Position numbers and translations under genes: made by a program | DNA from: Oikopleura dioica | Lineage: Eukaryota > Animalia > Chordata | Assembly (NCBI GenBank): GCA_907165135.1 | Contig: OU015566.1 | Coordinates: 5,022,001-5,086,000 of the forward strand | Length of the DNA: 64,000 nt | Reading direction: 5' to 3' | In this document: piece by piece, positions 33,857 to 46,389 of the stretch | How positions within the stretch are numbered: position 1 is the first letter of the stretch | Layout: the number at the start of each line of letters is the position of its first letter | Notes under the pieces: generated by a model | The model's database searches: none | Seen by the model: the letters and a program-made list of their open reading frames with translations, nothing else | Told to the model about the DNA's origin: nothing

Positions 33857-36839
33857 TTACAGATTTAGGCATTGAAAAATAGGTTGCTCGTCCATCTCTT
33901 CCCACAGTCCTATGCTTGAGAGCGTCCTCCACTTTCCATTTCCCTCTTCATCATTGAGAATCACTTCTCGCTTGGATTTCGTTGTTTTCGGAGCGAGACA
34001 GCCGTCTGATCTTCCGATGATTCGAAATTTTACCTCGTCAGGTTGATAGCCCTTGTTGTTCTTGAATTTTTCAATGTCGTCCACTATCAGCCACGAGAAA
34101 AGACTAAAATTTTCGATTTTATGGGAATAAATGGAGTTTTAGTTGCCTTTTTGACCAAATTGCATATTCTCCATTCATAGTTGATTCGTAGAATTTCTTG
34201 TTTTTGAATGTTTTCAGCTGGTAATCTCTTTAATTGGGATGAAAACCGAGAAAAGCAAAGTCTAGACTCGGCAAACTGTGTCTTAAATCTGAGTCAGGGT
34301 CCTCAAAGGGATCTAAAATGAGAAGAAATGGTTTTTCAACACCCTGACTCAGGTTTTTTGCGCATGTTTGCCCCCCAAAAGTAAAGCTCGAAAAGCAAAA
34401 AAACTCGTTCTTTTCCCCGATCCTTCCCGTTTTCTGAAACATAGCAAAAACCCTCCCGCAGCATTCTCCCTGATCCGGATCTTCTTTGAAATTGGAGCAA
34501 GAAAGCTGACTCTTTCTCGTCCAGTTTTCCACCTCACTCGGACAGAAGATTTCTCCGTCAATCGAGCTCATACTCACCATCCCATGAAGAAGCCCTTTTC
34601 CGAGATTCCAGTGCGAGCCATTATTGTACAAAAAGGTGTCGACGGATTGAACATGTCTGTAAACTGGCTTCCCAAGCATGAAAAACTCCATTTCAAATCG
34701 ACCGCTGAATCGATCGTCTTCCGTTTCCAGATCCAAAGATTCGCAGCAAAGAGCTCGAACTGCTTTGCAATCTTCTTCGCATTCGGACTCTTCAAAATTC
34801 TCCCCTGGGCAAGAGAGATCCGGGCTGTTTTCACAAGTCCTCGTTCTGCGACGCAGCTCTGTTTTGCTACAGTCGCGGTGGACACAGTTCGACCAGTTTG
34901 TCCAAATTGACCAGGTCGGATCGAGCTTGCAGGAGGCGATCTTTCCCTCGGGCATCCATTTTCCCTGAATCAAAAGAGGCATTTTCCATTTCAACCAATT
35001 CATTGCGTCGTCAGGGCAAATCTGTGGACTTTCGATTCGAGCGACGAATTTTCCAGCAAAAGTGGATCCGATTTCAGGGGAAATATACCAGTACCAACCG
35101 TCAGCGTGGGTGTGGAGCCAGAGAAAGAAGTTTTTTGAAGCATCTTTGTACACCATTTGACCATTGTAAAAAGCGCCATCGAAGAGGAATTGAAAATCTT
35201 CGATAAGAATCTTTTCGCAGCATGTAGGAATGATCGTGGTCGTCGTTGTAGTCGTCGTGGTAGTTGTAGTTGTCGTGGTGGTAGTTGATGTCGTGGTCGT
35301 CGTTGTCGTGGTTGTTGTAGTAGTCGTAGGTTCTGGGCAAAGCCCGCAGGACTCGACACAAACGGCGGCAGTAATCATGTTTCCACAGTCCAAATCGTCG
35401 CTGAGACAAAGGCTAGCGAAGTCGGGATCATCCTGGCAGTCTTCTTCGGGAGCGGCTGTTGTAGTTGTTGTTGTCCTCTTTGTTGTCTTCTTCATCGTCC
35501 TTCGAGTCGTTGTTCTTCTCGTTGTTCTCGGCGCAGCTGTTGATGTAACAGGCTTGGCATAATTTCTAAACCAGAAATTCTTGACTGAACTCATCTGATT
35601 GCTGCCATCAAGAAGAGAGCCACTACGAGCATTTGAACCGCCAACGAGGGAGACAGAACGAGAGCTCTGTTTTTGGACGAGTTTTTTGTTCTTTGATGCT
35701 TTTTGTCGATTTATTTGCGCGAGGGTCATGCAGGAGCCACAAGTTTTCTGACATTGAGAACTGAGAAGAGCGCTTGAGCAATGCAGCGATGTGCACGAAC
35801 TCGACCGATCTCGACATTCAAACATTTTATCAAAACTCGCGCAAAGGCCACAACTTCTGGCGCAATACATTTTCCCCAGCAAGCTATCACAACTCAACTG
35901 CGACAAGAGTCCACCCCCGCACATGGTGGCAAAAGTCGGATTATCCTGGCATGGCGAGTTGGGATTCGCTTTTGGTGGCTTCGTTGGCTTCGTTCTTGGC
36001 GCTCTGGTTGTTCGAACTGGTCGTGGTTTTTGAGTTTTGGGGAATTTTGTTGTTGTGATTTTTTGGCAGGAGGGATCGCAGGTTTTTCGACACTCTGTTG
36101 GAGCCTTGTTTTCAGTTTCAAAAATGACCAAAAAATGACCAAAAATGACTAAAATGACCAAACAATGACCAAAAATGACCAAAAATGACTAAAATGACCA
36201 AAAATTACCAAAAATGACCAAAATGACCAAAAATGACTAAAATGACCAAAAATTACCAAAATGACCAAAATGACCAAAAATGACCAAAAATGACTAAAAT
36301 GACCAAAAATGACCAAAAATGACCAAAAATGACCAAAAATGACCAAAAATGATCAGAAATGACCAAAAATGACTAAAATGACCAAAAATGACCTAAATAA
36401 AACTTATTTGAAACTGTTCCTTCGACCAAGAAGAGCAAAGATTCGGATTGCAGAATACGTTCGTATCGACACATTTCAGCGACCCAGAATTTGAAGGAGT
36501 GAAATTTGGTTTCTGAATGTTCGTCTGTTTCATTGGATTCAAAGCGCTGCCGCACAAATTGCAAGATTTTCTACAAAGCGCGCCGGCAGCAGGACTGGTG
36601 CAGGGCATCACATCGCAAAATTTCCCAGAATCAAGGCACGGCACATTCGCAATTTCCTTCTCAAGCTGGGAGGACAGCTGATTCACTCGTTCGCACAACT
36701 TGCAAGTTTCAGGGCAAAAAAGACGAGTAACTTTCGAGCTGCAGTCGACATTCTCTGAATTGCACAGTTCTGGTCTCTTGTCCCTGCATTCTATCGCCAA
36801 GGAATGACTAATTAAAATAAGATGAAAAAGATTTTTCAT
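33857..36839 (-). CDS. Secreted multi-ShKT protein with Thr-rich mucin linkers and a TSP1 repeat (3' end uncertain)
   Basis: Signal-like MKNLFHLILISHSLA, repeated C-x-D...C-xx-(T/S)C-xx-C units, poly-Thr tract, WSIWTNWSNC...RRRTRTC. Confidence 0.8.
36121..36394. repeat. 9-10 bp minisatellite (AAAATGACC/T)n inside an intron
   Basis: About 28 tandem units counted by eye. Confidence 0.95.
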
Positions 36840-37483
36840 CAGAATCGATTGATTTTCTGAGCATTTTGTTTTCTTGAAAATTCTTTGCCATGATTCTGCC
36901 GCGGGCTAGAAATTCTGCTCAGTAAATGAGGCTTAATCATGCTCCTCTTTTTATATTTTAGAAGTGTTTTTCTGAGTCCATTTTATTTTCAAGTTTTTTC
37001 TATTATTATTTTACAAACGAAAACCGGCCACTGACCCGACTATCGACTAAGGGTCAATGTCGGATCGGGTCGGTACCGACATAAAACCAGACATTGTCGC
37101 TTCTGTCGGTGGTCGGCACCGACCCTAGTTTGTTGGAGAGGAGATTTGGTCTTATGATCTTGACGTTATTGTTAATGGATTGCATTAGACAAGCTCATTT
37201 AGCAGTTTTAGATTAATTTTCGGATATATCGACGATTGAAAAAAGACGACTTGCTTTATTGAGACTCAAATTTATGGCCTTTCATTCAGAACCATCACAA
37301 TGCGACAAAAACGGCGAAAAATAAACCTGCTTCAATGTGAAAGTCTGCTTCAAAATTGACCACGCTTCGATCGACAAAACTCAAGGAAATAAAATTGTCA
37401 ACTATCAAGTCATAATCAAGTTTTTCAGCGTCCATTTTATTTCTGAATTTCTCAAGAATTCTTTCTATGTATTTTCTTTTTCT

Positions 37484-38734
37484 TCAAGAAGAAACTTTTT
37501 CTTCTGTTTCTTTCTTCAAATACTTTTCCGCCCATTTGAGCGATTCTTCAGTCGATCCCTTTGGCGCGTATTCGAGCCCGACGAAGTTCTCCCAGCCTTT
37601 TTCTTCGAGAAAATTAAAGAACTCATCGAAATCGATCGTTCCATCTTCGGAAACGGGCTCGTGACGATCTGGTGCTTGAGCGATTTGGAAATGAGCGCAT
37701 TTTTCGAAAAGTTGTTTTACATTTTCCAGCGCGTTTCCTTTTTTAGTGCTCGAAAATCTCCGTTTTTAGGCTTATTTCGTCAATTTTCGAGCATTTTCCT
37801 TTTTGAACTTCGAGATGAAAAAGATCGCAATGATAAAAGAGGTTTTCCGCGCCGACTTCTTCGATGATGCTGAGAGCCTCTTCTGGCGTCGAGTAGAAAT
37901 AGCCTTTTAATTTATTTATTTTCGCCAGAATGGCTTCTATATTTTATGGAACAAGCCAAGTGGCGTACTACAATATTTCTTTTAATATTTAGCGATTTTT
38001 GTCCCGAACGTGCGTATTTCCTCAAAAGTAATACTTATTCAAATTACTTATTCAGTACTTAGTAGCTTAGTAGCTCTAACTGTACCTGGTAAGGAGATCT
38101 TCGAATTTATCGGCTCCAAAGTGCCAACTATTCCGTAGTCCTTCAAGCTAGGCTCGGGAACCTGAGGAGAAAACAGGGCCCCTGAGTCAGGGTTTCAAAA
38201 AAGCTTCGATGAAACCCTGACTCAGGGACCCTGTTTTCTCCTCAGGTTGCTGAGCCCAGCCTTCAATAAATCAGCGGCAATTTTCAAGTTATCCACAAAT
38301 TGAGCTCTGCACGATTCCTGAAGTTCTCTCTCAAATAATGAATTCAAGCACCTCTTTACCTTTGTCTCGCCTTCCGGAACTTTCCCAGCCATGAGATGAA
38401 TCATCGGACATTCGACAGCACTAGCGTATTTGATCGCTTCTTTGACAGTCTTCAAGAAGTCGACACTTTTGCCCGGAATGGCGCCCAAACCGGCGGAATC
38501 TCCAGCCGCTGTGTTGATCAAAACGCATTTCAGGCCAGACTCAACAACTGCCTTTTTGAACTCTTCAACTGGATACTCATACGGCCAGGCAACTTCGAAG
38601 TACGAGAAGCCAACTTTTTTCGCCAGGGAAATTCGCTTCAGCAGATTCGCCTCCTCTAAAACAACAATTCAAAATCCGTCGATTTTTCATTTTCAACCTT
38701 TGAAAAGCCATGAAATATTCGCCGCAAGCTTCAT
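37484..38734 (-). CDS. HYI: Hydroxypyruvate isomerase
   Basis: MKLAANISWLF, FEVAWPY, IHLMAG, GTLEPINS, HFQIAQAPDRHEP, FVGLEYAP; multi-exon. Confidence 0.9.
38148..38259. mobile_element. CCTGACTCAGG MITE with 8-bp TSD (CCTTCAAG/CCTTCAAT) in HYI coding sequence
   Basis: TIRs and TSD read directly. Element plus one TSD equals predicted intron 38141-38260. Confidence 0.9.
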
Positions 38735-39219
38735 TTTTTTTTCCTCTCTAGAAAAAAATTAATGTTGATATATTTGACTTTGCCGGAGTGTTTCGTTGAG
38801 TAATGAAAATGGAAAAATGACTCATTTGGAAATTTTGGAGACAACGAAGAAGTAACCCAAGTTGGCATATTTGGCATATCTGATGAATAGTTGATTAAAT
38901 CGACAGGAGGCTGAAAGTCGCTAATTTGAATTCATTCTGGTTGTCTTGAGCAAAAATCCTCGCTTACAAGGACCTGAGAGGATGCCAATAAACAAAGTGC
39001 GATTCACTTCAAGCGATTATTTATTCAAACTCGAACTTCGCCATCCGGAAGAAATCAGCTGTCGCATATGTTTTTGTTTTTTTCAAGACGTTGCATTCAA
39101 CAGTTTCTGAAGTTTAAGTCTATCTTTCAAGCGGTATTTTGAATATGTTTCATATTATATGTATGGAAAATTCTAATGTTTTGACTTCGGTCGAACCTGG
39201 AAGATGTTTCCAGTGAGAG

Positions 39220-39410
39220 CTAGGGCCGAACCAAGATAAGGAAGAAATAAGAGAGGAAGTGACAAAAAAGGAAGTGATTTTTTTGAAATGGGTTTTCATT
39301 GGCCGGTAGGCCAAATGCAGCGATCTTATTGGTCTTCAGAAAATGCACTTCCTTTTTTGTCACTTCCTATCTTATTACTTCCTTATTTTGGTTTGTGCCG
39401 AGTGCTAGCA
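39220..39410. mobile_element. Small inverted-repeat element (AGGAAGTGACAAAAAAGGAAGTG / mirror)
   Basis: Perfect 23-bp internal inverted pair plus weaker outer arms. Confidence 0.6.
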
Positions 39411-39867
39411 TAGTTCAAGATGAGCTCTTTTAGGAATATCGGCTTTTGTTCCTCATGAAAAATGCCCGTTTCCAAAAATTGAAAAAGAATTTATGGTTTG
39501 CGCACGAAAATTAAATGTATCAAAATCTTTCAATTTTGGATTTCAAAGATAAAGATTTTAACAAACATCACTCAAACTCAATGTTATAATTAATGTTATT
39601 TTTCTGTAATCCCCCGATTCGCCTGTTCACCGATGGTAAGTGAACCCCGTTGACAAGCAGAACTGATTCGAATTAGCGCTGCAAAAAGGAGAAAGTAAAA
39701 AACATGCTCAGAGTTTGCGCCATCAGATGGTGCTCGACGCGCGGGATAATCCCCAAGCCAAGTTTACTTACTGCAAAAGTAGAGATGTATTAATTAATCA
39801 TTTACAAAAACAAAAAAAAAGAGAAAAGAAAAACATGAAAAGATAAAAATAATAGAAGAATCGAAAA

Positions 39868-42341
39868 ATGACGCAAAATGACAGTAAATCGACTGAAATG
39901 CCCCCAGCTGAATATCAAGAGGCACTCAAATGCTTGCCGATTTATTTTCTTGAGGAAGATTGTGAGTTTTTGAGTCGAAAAAATGGATGGTGTCACGAAT
40001 CGACAAAAAATCTCGACAAATTTTGCGTCAGCGGCTTCTCGGCTGCTGATTGGCCTGGAAGCCAAATCAAGGTTTCTGATTGGTTGAAAATTTTCACGTT
40101 AATTTGTCGGGATTTTTTGTTGGATCCATTTACCGAGAAAAAATGATGATTTTATTTTTTTTCAGCAACGAATGAGTGGGACTTGAATTTCGACGTCAGA
40201 TGGCAGGACTATCTGGTCGCCTTCATCATCTCCTTCCTCTTCTTGATTGGCTTCATCGGTCATGCAATAGTAATCCGCTCCCTCTGTTCCTCGCGAAAAC
40301 AAACTTGGACGCAGACAATGGTCAAGTAAGTCGACTCCTCCTTGATTTCAATAATTCAAAAAATAATTGATTCAGAATCAACTCTGTCTTTGCCATTTCA
40401 TTTCTGATCATTACGACTCCGACAGATTTGAAGGTTCTCCTCAGCCAGATTATTCTCAAGGTGAAATTATTTTCATCGATTTTTGATGATCGAGTATTTT
40501 TTATAGCTTCCAAAAACGACGCTTCTGAGCAGAATCGGATGCAAGTTGACGATGTACTGGGTAATCAGAGCAAAACATAGGGCAGCGGGTTAATTATTAA
40601 TCAGGTGCTCGTCTGTAGTGGTGTCAGTATTTTTTCAAACACGATGATGGTCGTTGACAGGACAATGGGCATCAAGAATCCGATGATGCGCGCCAGATTG
40701 GCTGCTTCGAGGAAATACAAAAGTAGGTCAAAATCTGGTCGGATCGAAAAAAATCTGATTGGCCGAAATTTTTTACAATAACAATGGATCGAACTAACAA
40801 AAAAACGTCAGAAAAATCGCTTTTCGATCGAAAAATTTTTTCCTGAAATCTGATTGGCCGAAATTTTTTTTACCAAAAATCGAATCGAAAAAGAGCAGCA
40901 AAAAATCGTTTTTTTTTTATCAAAATTTTTTCTGAAATCTGATTGGCCGAACCGCTAGATACGAGAATCTGATTGGCCGATTCCACCCACTTCCCCATAT
41001 TTTCGATCTAACCCAATTTTTTCTGCGAGTTGTTTTTCAGAAGTAACTTGTTAATTAAGCGTGTGTATTTATCTTCGTCGCCGTGAGCCCGCTGATCACC
41101 GCCTCTCCAAGTTTGTTTCTGTATGCGAAAGAGGGATAAACTGCTCCAACTGGCAGCTCAGCTCTGTTGAGTAAAATTAACGTAGCAAGTGGCACTTTGC
41201 CCTTGACCGAGTGGCGCTTAGGAGTTCATCCCGAAAAACAGAATCCCAATGCGGCGTGTGCATGCCCTTAGGCGAGTATCAAGAGTACAAACGTTACTTC
41301 GACTTGGTGACGTTTATTATTCTGATGCTCGTTCCCGCTACTGTCAGGTAAGAATTTTAATATTAAGCAATATTCAATTCTGGAAGAGTAATTAAGTTTT
41401 TGATTCGAAAGTAAAAGTCATTTTTGTCTTTTTTTCGAAAATAACTAAAAAAAGACTTGGTTGAAAACCTGTGTCCAAAACCTGAGTCAGGTTTTAAACA
41501 GCGGCTTTTCAATTAAGCTCTTCAAACCCTGACTCAGGTTTTTTACACAGGCTCTCAAATAAAATCAAAGTCTTAGTAAGAATGATCTATTTTTAATCTG
41601 TCTGGAAAACCTGACTCAGGGGCTGGAAAAATGCTCTGTAAAACCTGAGTCAGGTTTTCTACACAGGTTAAAAATAGATCATTCTGACCAAGACTCACAG
41701 AAAACCTGAGTAGAAAACCTGGGTCAGGGTCTGAATTAACAAAATTGCCTGAAATAATGATCTTTAAACCCTGACTCAGGTTTTCTACACAGGGTGCCCA
41801 ACCCAGCCAATTGAGCGCCTGTCAAGTGAACTAATTGAGCTTCAGTATCGTGGCGATTATAACGATCGGCATCGCCCAGCGCGAAAAAACCTTCAGCCAG
41901 TTCGGAAATGGGGTGACAAAAAAGACAATCAAGCATGAAAAGAAGTTTGTCACCGCGCTGTATCGATACAATGTCGCGGACAGCATCTTTTACACCATCT
42001 GTCTCGTAAGTTGTCGACCACAAATTGGTTCATTTGAAGCCGGATTGAACGTTCATTCAGTCTCCAACACGATCGCTGGAGATCTTCGGCCCGTACGCGT
42101 CGACTTGGGTGGTGGAGAATATTTTGACTTGGATGATTTATGTTTCGAGGGTGCTGCTGGTTTCTTACTTTGCTTGTACGCCGATTTTGTACAGTCTCTT
42201 CTTCGATATGAAGATCAGAAAGGTCAGGACGAGAAAATAAGCAAAAAATCAGCATTTTTTTGAAGAAAAAAGCGACTGATCCAAATTCTTCTTATTCAAC
42301 TTCAGCTACACTCAATGGTGCCTCGCGGAATTCACATCTGA
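39868..42341 (+). CDS. Rhodopsin-like (class A) GPCR, orphan
   Basis: Seven hydrophobic segments across exons, IGCKL before TM3, DRTMGIKNP (DRY-like), TM7 TPILYSLF. Confidence 0.75.
41460..41806. mobile_element. Compound array of three CCTGACTCAGG MITE units in a GPCR intron
   Basis: Three hairpins; the middle unit is flanked by inverted AGAATGATCTATTTTTAA / TTAAAAATAGATCATTCT. Confidence 0.8.
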
Positions 42342-42617
42342 TAGAGAAGAAGATTCCCCTTCAAAGAAGCTCTTGTGTATTTTGACTAAAACATTGTAAA
42401 AATAATAAACAAGGAAAAAGACATTGCTTTCTAATCAACAAATCATTTATCCAAACAAGTTTCCAGCGCTTCAAAAATTACCTCAAAAGCAAAATCCCCA
42501 ACAAGAAAATTTCAGAGATAAATCCGAAAAATGCCCGGAGACTGGTCGATTTTTGAGAAATCGGCTACTTTCGGGGCATTTCTTCTCTCCCTAACCCTAA
42601 CGCTTGATGTTTTATAG

Positions 42618-43599
42618 AGGATGAAGAAGATGAAAATGATGATTCTAGTGAAGGAGATGATCCAATTGAGCCTGAGCTTGATTGCAGGAACGGTTTAAAA
42701 AGAGAGGAATAAGAGGATGATTGCTGAGTCAGGGTTTAATGAAAGCCCCTTTAGACCCTGACTCAGGTTTTCAACATAGGCTGCCGAGCCTTAATTCAAT
42801 CAAATCCTATTTCGAACCCGTAAAAGATGCAATTCAAAGCCAAAAAACTGCTCGAGCTGCAATTCAAAATGCCTGGCCATCAACGGCCGAAGAGTATCGA
42901 TGGAATTCACCTGCCCCGAAACTGGCTTCACTCAAACCTTCACCAACCAGAAATGCAACAGAATTAGAAAAATGAACATGAGCGAAAATTGTGGAACACT
43001 GAGCTGTGCCTGTGCTGCAGAATTGACTGTGGCAGAGACTGGAAAAGGAATGTCTTTTTGTTTCAAACAGTGTTTAGGATATATTTTCAACCCTAAATCT
43101 TCACTCTAGAATCTTCTTTCGGAGCTCAAAAACCTGTGTAAAAACCTGACTCAGGGTCTCAAAAAGGTTTTTATGAAAAGACAGGACCCTGACTCAGGTT
43201 TTAACACAGGTTTTTGAGCTCACAATTCATTAGAAAAAAATATATGACTGTTAGTTTTTCCATTTTTCAAAACCAATATATCCTCAGTTTCAATCGAAAC
43301 TTTTCCTGCTTCGAAATCAGCATAAAAATCTTTCCAAAAGTACTTTAAAATTTTCCCTGTTTTTAAGAATGATTTTAACTGAATCCTTACAGGTACCAAA
43401 TTCGAATGCACCGCGGCGAAAAAGAAGCCTACTTACCGAGTCTACTGCGACGCCAACAACGACAATCGATTCAACTTGGGCGAGACGAATCAAGAGCGAA
43501 AAGTCAAATGCAAACGGGGAGCGATCAAAAGAAATCCTTTCAACTTGCAATGTTAATAAAAATATTCGAAAGACTCTTGCTTGTTTCTTAAAAAAATGA
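42618..43599 (+). CDS. Acidic and Cys-rich exons, possibly the 5' part of the CUB gene
   Basis: EDEEDENDDSSEGDD exon; CNSKPKNCSSCNSKC...FTC...C...CGTLSCAC exon. Two MITE copies (about 42722-42790, 43125-43221) lie between exons. Confidence 0.4.
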
Positions 43600-43929
43600 G
43601 TAAAAATCGCAAATTGATTAATAAAATATTAGCGATCGACGATCGTGGATTTGTTTTTCCTCAAATATCGTGACGAGACGCGTTAAATTTGTTTCCTGTA
43701 AAGTTTACAGTTGTAACAGTTGTTACAGTGTAAACTTACTGCTTACGATCAGCGAATTATTATGACTTAATCTTTCCTCAGGCACCAAGTGCTTTTCATC
43801 TCAAGCCTTTTCTTGTATCGCCACCTTGCGGTGCATGCCTCGACCGTCGCGTGCTCATAATACAACCAGACGGTTTAATTGAAAAAAAGCGAGATGAAGG
43901 TTTGTAGAGAGGATCGTTTGCAAAGAGAA

Positions 43930-44952
43930 AAAAATGTTCGATTCAAGCAACAAAAAATGCAATTTTAGAAGCTGTTTTCCCTCTTTGCCAGCGCAAGTGC
44001 CGCTTATTCCTACGAAACGACCGAGCCATATACGACATCGACTTCGATTGTCAGTACTACCGAGAGATTCACCGACTGCGGGGGCACCATCAAACAACCA
44101 ACAACCTTCTCTTCTCCCGATTTCGGCTCCGAAAACTACCAGAATTTCCTGAGCTGCACCTGGAACATCTCTCTTCGCGGCGTCGCTGGATTCTGGATCG
44201 TGCCAAAGACTTTTGACATTGAATCTGTTAGTTTTTGGTGGGCAAGTTATCCAGACTACTTGAGCACACTTCCTAAATGCGCGTTCGACCATGTGAAAGT
44301 GATTGCAAACGAGGTGGAAAGCAACTTCTGCGGGAGCAACGCCGGTGACCGAACTATTGGCGACGAAGAAAAAGGAGGTAAAGAAGGAGGAAAATGGGTG
44401 CCTGATCTTGTGAATGTGAGCGAAGAAGGCTTCCCAAAAATGTTTGTCCTTGGCAGTCAAGCAACTGTCAGCATGTTCACCGATTTCTCGAATGAGAATA
44501 CAATCGAATTTCCTGGAAATGATTTTAAGGGCTTTGAGTTTGAGCTCATTGAAGCTGATCGACTAGATATTATTGAACATCACTTTGGCGTAAGTAAAAC
44601 ATCATGAAAGAAAAATACAAAATGATTTTTTTAGAGAATCGCAGCTTCCCTCGCTGACGGCAAGAAATCGGGCCGATACGTGAATCGATTCCAAAAAGTC
44701 CTTGAAAAAGCTCGAGCTTCGTCCACTGGCGAAAACTGCTACGAAGAAAACGGCTTCGGAGCCTCTGACTCTTCCGATGATGTCCAAGTTTTCGACGAGA
44801 GCGACATGTGCACTCTCAATTCTCAAGTGAACGCGGCGCTCAACAGCTGGGCGAGAAACAACGCCTGCGACGGTCGAGGCAAGGTCTATCGACAGATCAT
44901 TCGCGCTGCTCGAAAGATCAGAAATTTTTACAATTCTGTCAATGACTGCTGA
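43930..44952 (+). CDS. CUB-domain secreted protein with oikosin-like C-terminal domain
   Basis: CGGTIKQPTTFSSPDF...SCTWNI...CAFDHV...FCG...KGFEF (CUB). C-terminal CTLNSQVNAALNSWARNNACDGRGKVYRQIIR resembles a domain I recall from Oikopleura house proteins. Confidence 0.75.
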
Positions 44953-45084
44953 ATTCGCGAAATAAAAAATCCAAGAAATATTCTCTTCATTTTTGATTGT
45001 TTGCGATTTGCACGAGGTAAAGTGAATGAGTGACACTTTCAGAATAATAGAGAAAAGAAGGAGCTGACTCAGGATCTCAAGTCA

Positions 45085-46301
45085 ACGCCTTCTCCAAAGT
45101 CCACTTTCCAAGTGCAGTTGTGATTTTTGTAGTGCCAGGGCTCTGTATCGAAATCAGGAGAAGTAATGACTGTGTCTGAGTTGATCTCTCCGCCGCAAGT
45201 TCCTTCGAATTCTCGCTCATGCGGCATGAGTCATGCCCGGCGAGGACCGAAATAGGCAGAAAATATAGGCAGCTTCATTCTTCTTCTTTTTTTTCGATTG
45301 AAAGTTTATTCTAGCGACAGAAGCGGGTGTCAATCTTGCTTGAAAACTCGTGTCAACTCTCTGCCGCCCCGGATGGAATTTTCTCGGGGACTTGAGCCAC
45401 GTCCCCTTTTTTAAAACTTTTTGGCAGGGAATGATGATGAAGGAGTTTCTTTATTAGGTCAAGTACGAAAGAAAAATCTTGTCAGAAACTTTTGTTGGCA
45501 GAAAAGCTGAATTGATCGTGATGTTCTCTCGATTTTTGACATCGAAAAAGCTTGATTAAAAAAAGTCAGAATTTTTCATAAAAAAACAAACCTGTTTTCA
45601 AAAAGAAGAACGTGAGTTTCAGAAGTGCCTTCTTCCTCAAAATCATCGTTTTCGATGCTCCAGTTTTTGCTTTCGAAGATGTCCGTTATTTGCCAGAAGT
45701 CAGAGCGCAGTCCTTGAATGACAGTGGCGTCTTTGTTGAAGAAGTCGAAAACGGTGATGTTTGTCTTTTTTGCGTGATCGACGAGATTCTTAAAAATCGA
45801 TGAAGAGAAAAGTCTTTTTTTTTTGTACCTTTCTGGAGCATTTTGTTTGAAAATCTCTGTTAGTCTTGTCAACAATATGCAAAAACCAATCCGGAAACTT
45901 CTCTTTTACATTCTAAAACCCTCTTAAATCCTCTTATCTCCCCGTTTTCAAACCCAAATGATTTCTTCAGAGCAGAGGCAATTCAACAATCCATCTTCGT
46001 TTCTCAAAATCCCCGCTGTGCACTGACAGTTTCTCGCTTTTTGAGAAAATAAAACTGAAAATAAAACAAAAAATATGAAGAAAATTTTCATTTTTAAAGA
46101 ATGCGAAGATGCGCTTTGATTCTTTTCGGTTTTGAATAAAGGGAAGGGTCTCTTGAGAGCTTGATCAATGAAGAGCCACAGTTTTGCTTCTAGTCTTATG
46201 TTGAGTAAACTTTTATTGATAGTAACAGAAATCGTCGCAGCCTTCTGCACAGGAATCTGGATCGGATTCGAAGATAATCGGCCGATAACAGCTTCCTTCA
46301 T
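45085..46301 (-). CDS. Hypothetical multi-exon gene ending in a partial CUB domain
   Basis: ORFs 45948-46301 and 45576-45875, plus an exon TCGGEINSDTVITSPDF...NCTWKVDFGEGVDLRS* near 45085-45230; linkage uncertain. Confidence 0.4.
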
Positions 46302-46389
46302 GCTCGTTAATAATCATCGATGATGTTACGTTCTGACCATCCCACATTGCTCTCTCGACCTTACTGACCGATTTTTCAAAAATGAGATT

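Noticed and set aside
35230-36346. Poly-Val ORF (35230-35562) and FWSF/VIFGH repeat ORFs (around 36149-36346)
   Set aside because: They are the antisense of the poly-Thr exon and translations of the intronic minisatellite.
36121-36394. Minisatellite as a nuclear-receptor DR3/DR4 array
   Set aside because: Half-sites are TGACCA/TGACTA, not consensus TGACCT/C; no further support.
37337-37867. 176-aa Phe-rich plus-strand ORF
   Set aside because: Antisense to the HYI 3' exons.
42590-42601. CCCTAACCCTAA telomere-like sequence
   Set aside because: Only two units; expected by chance.
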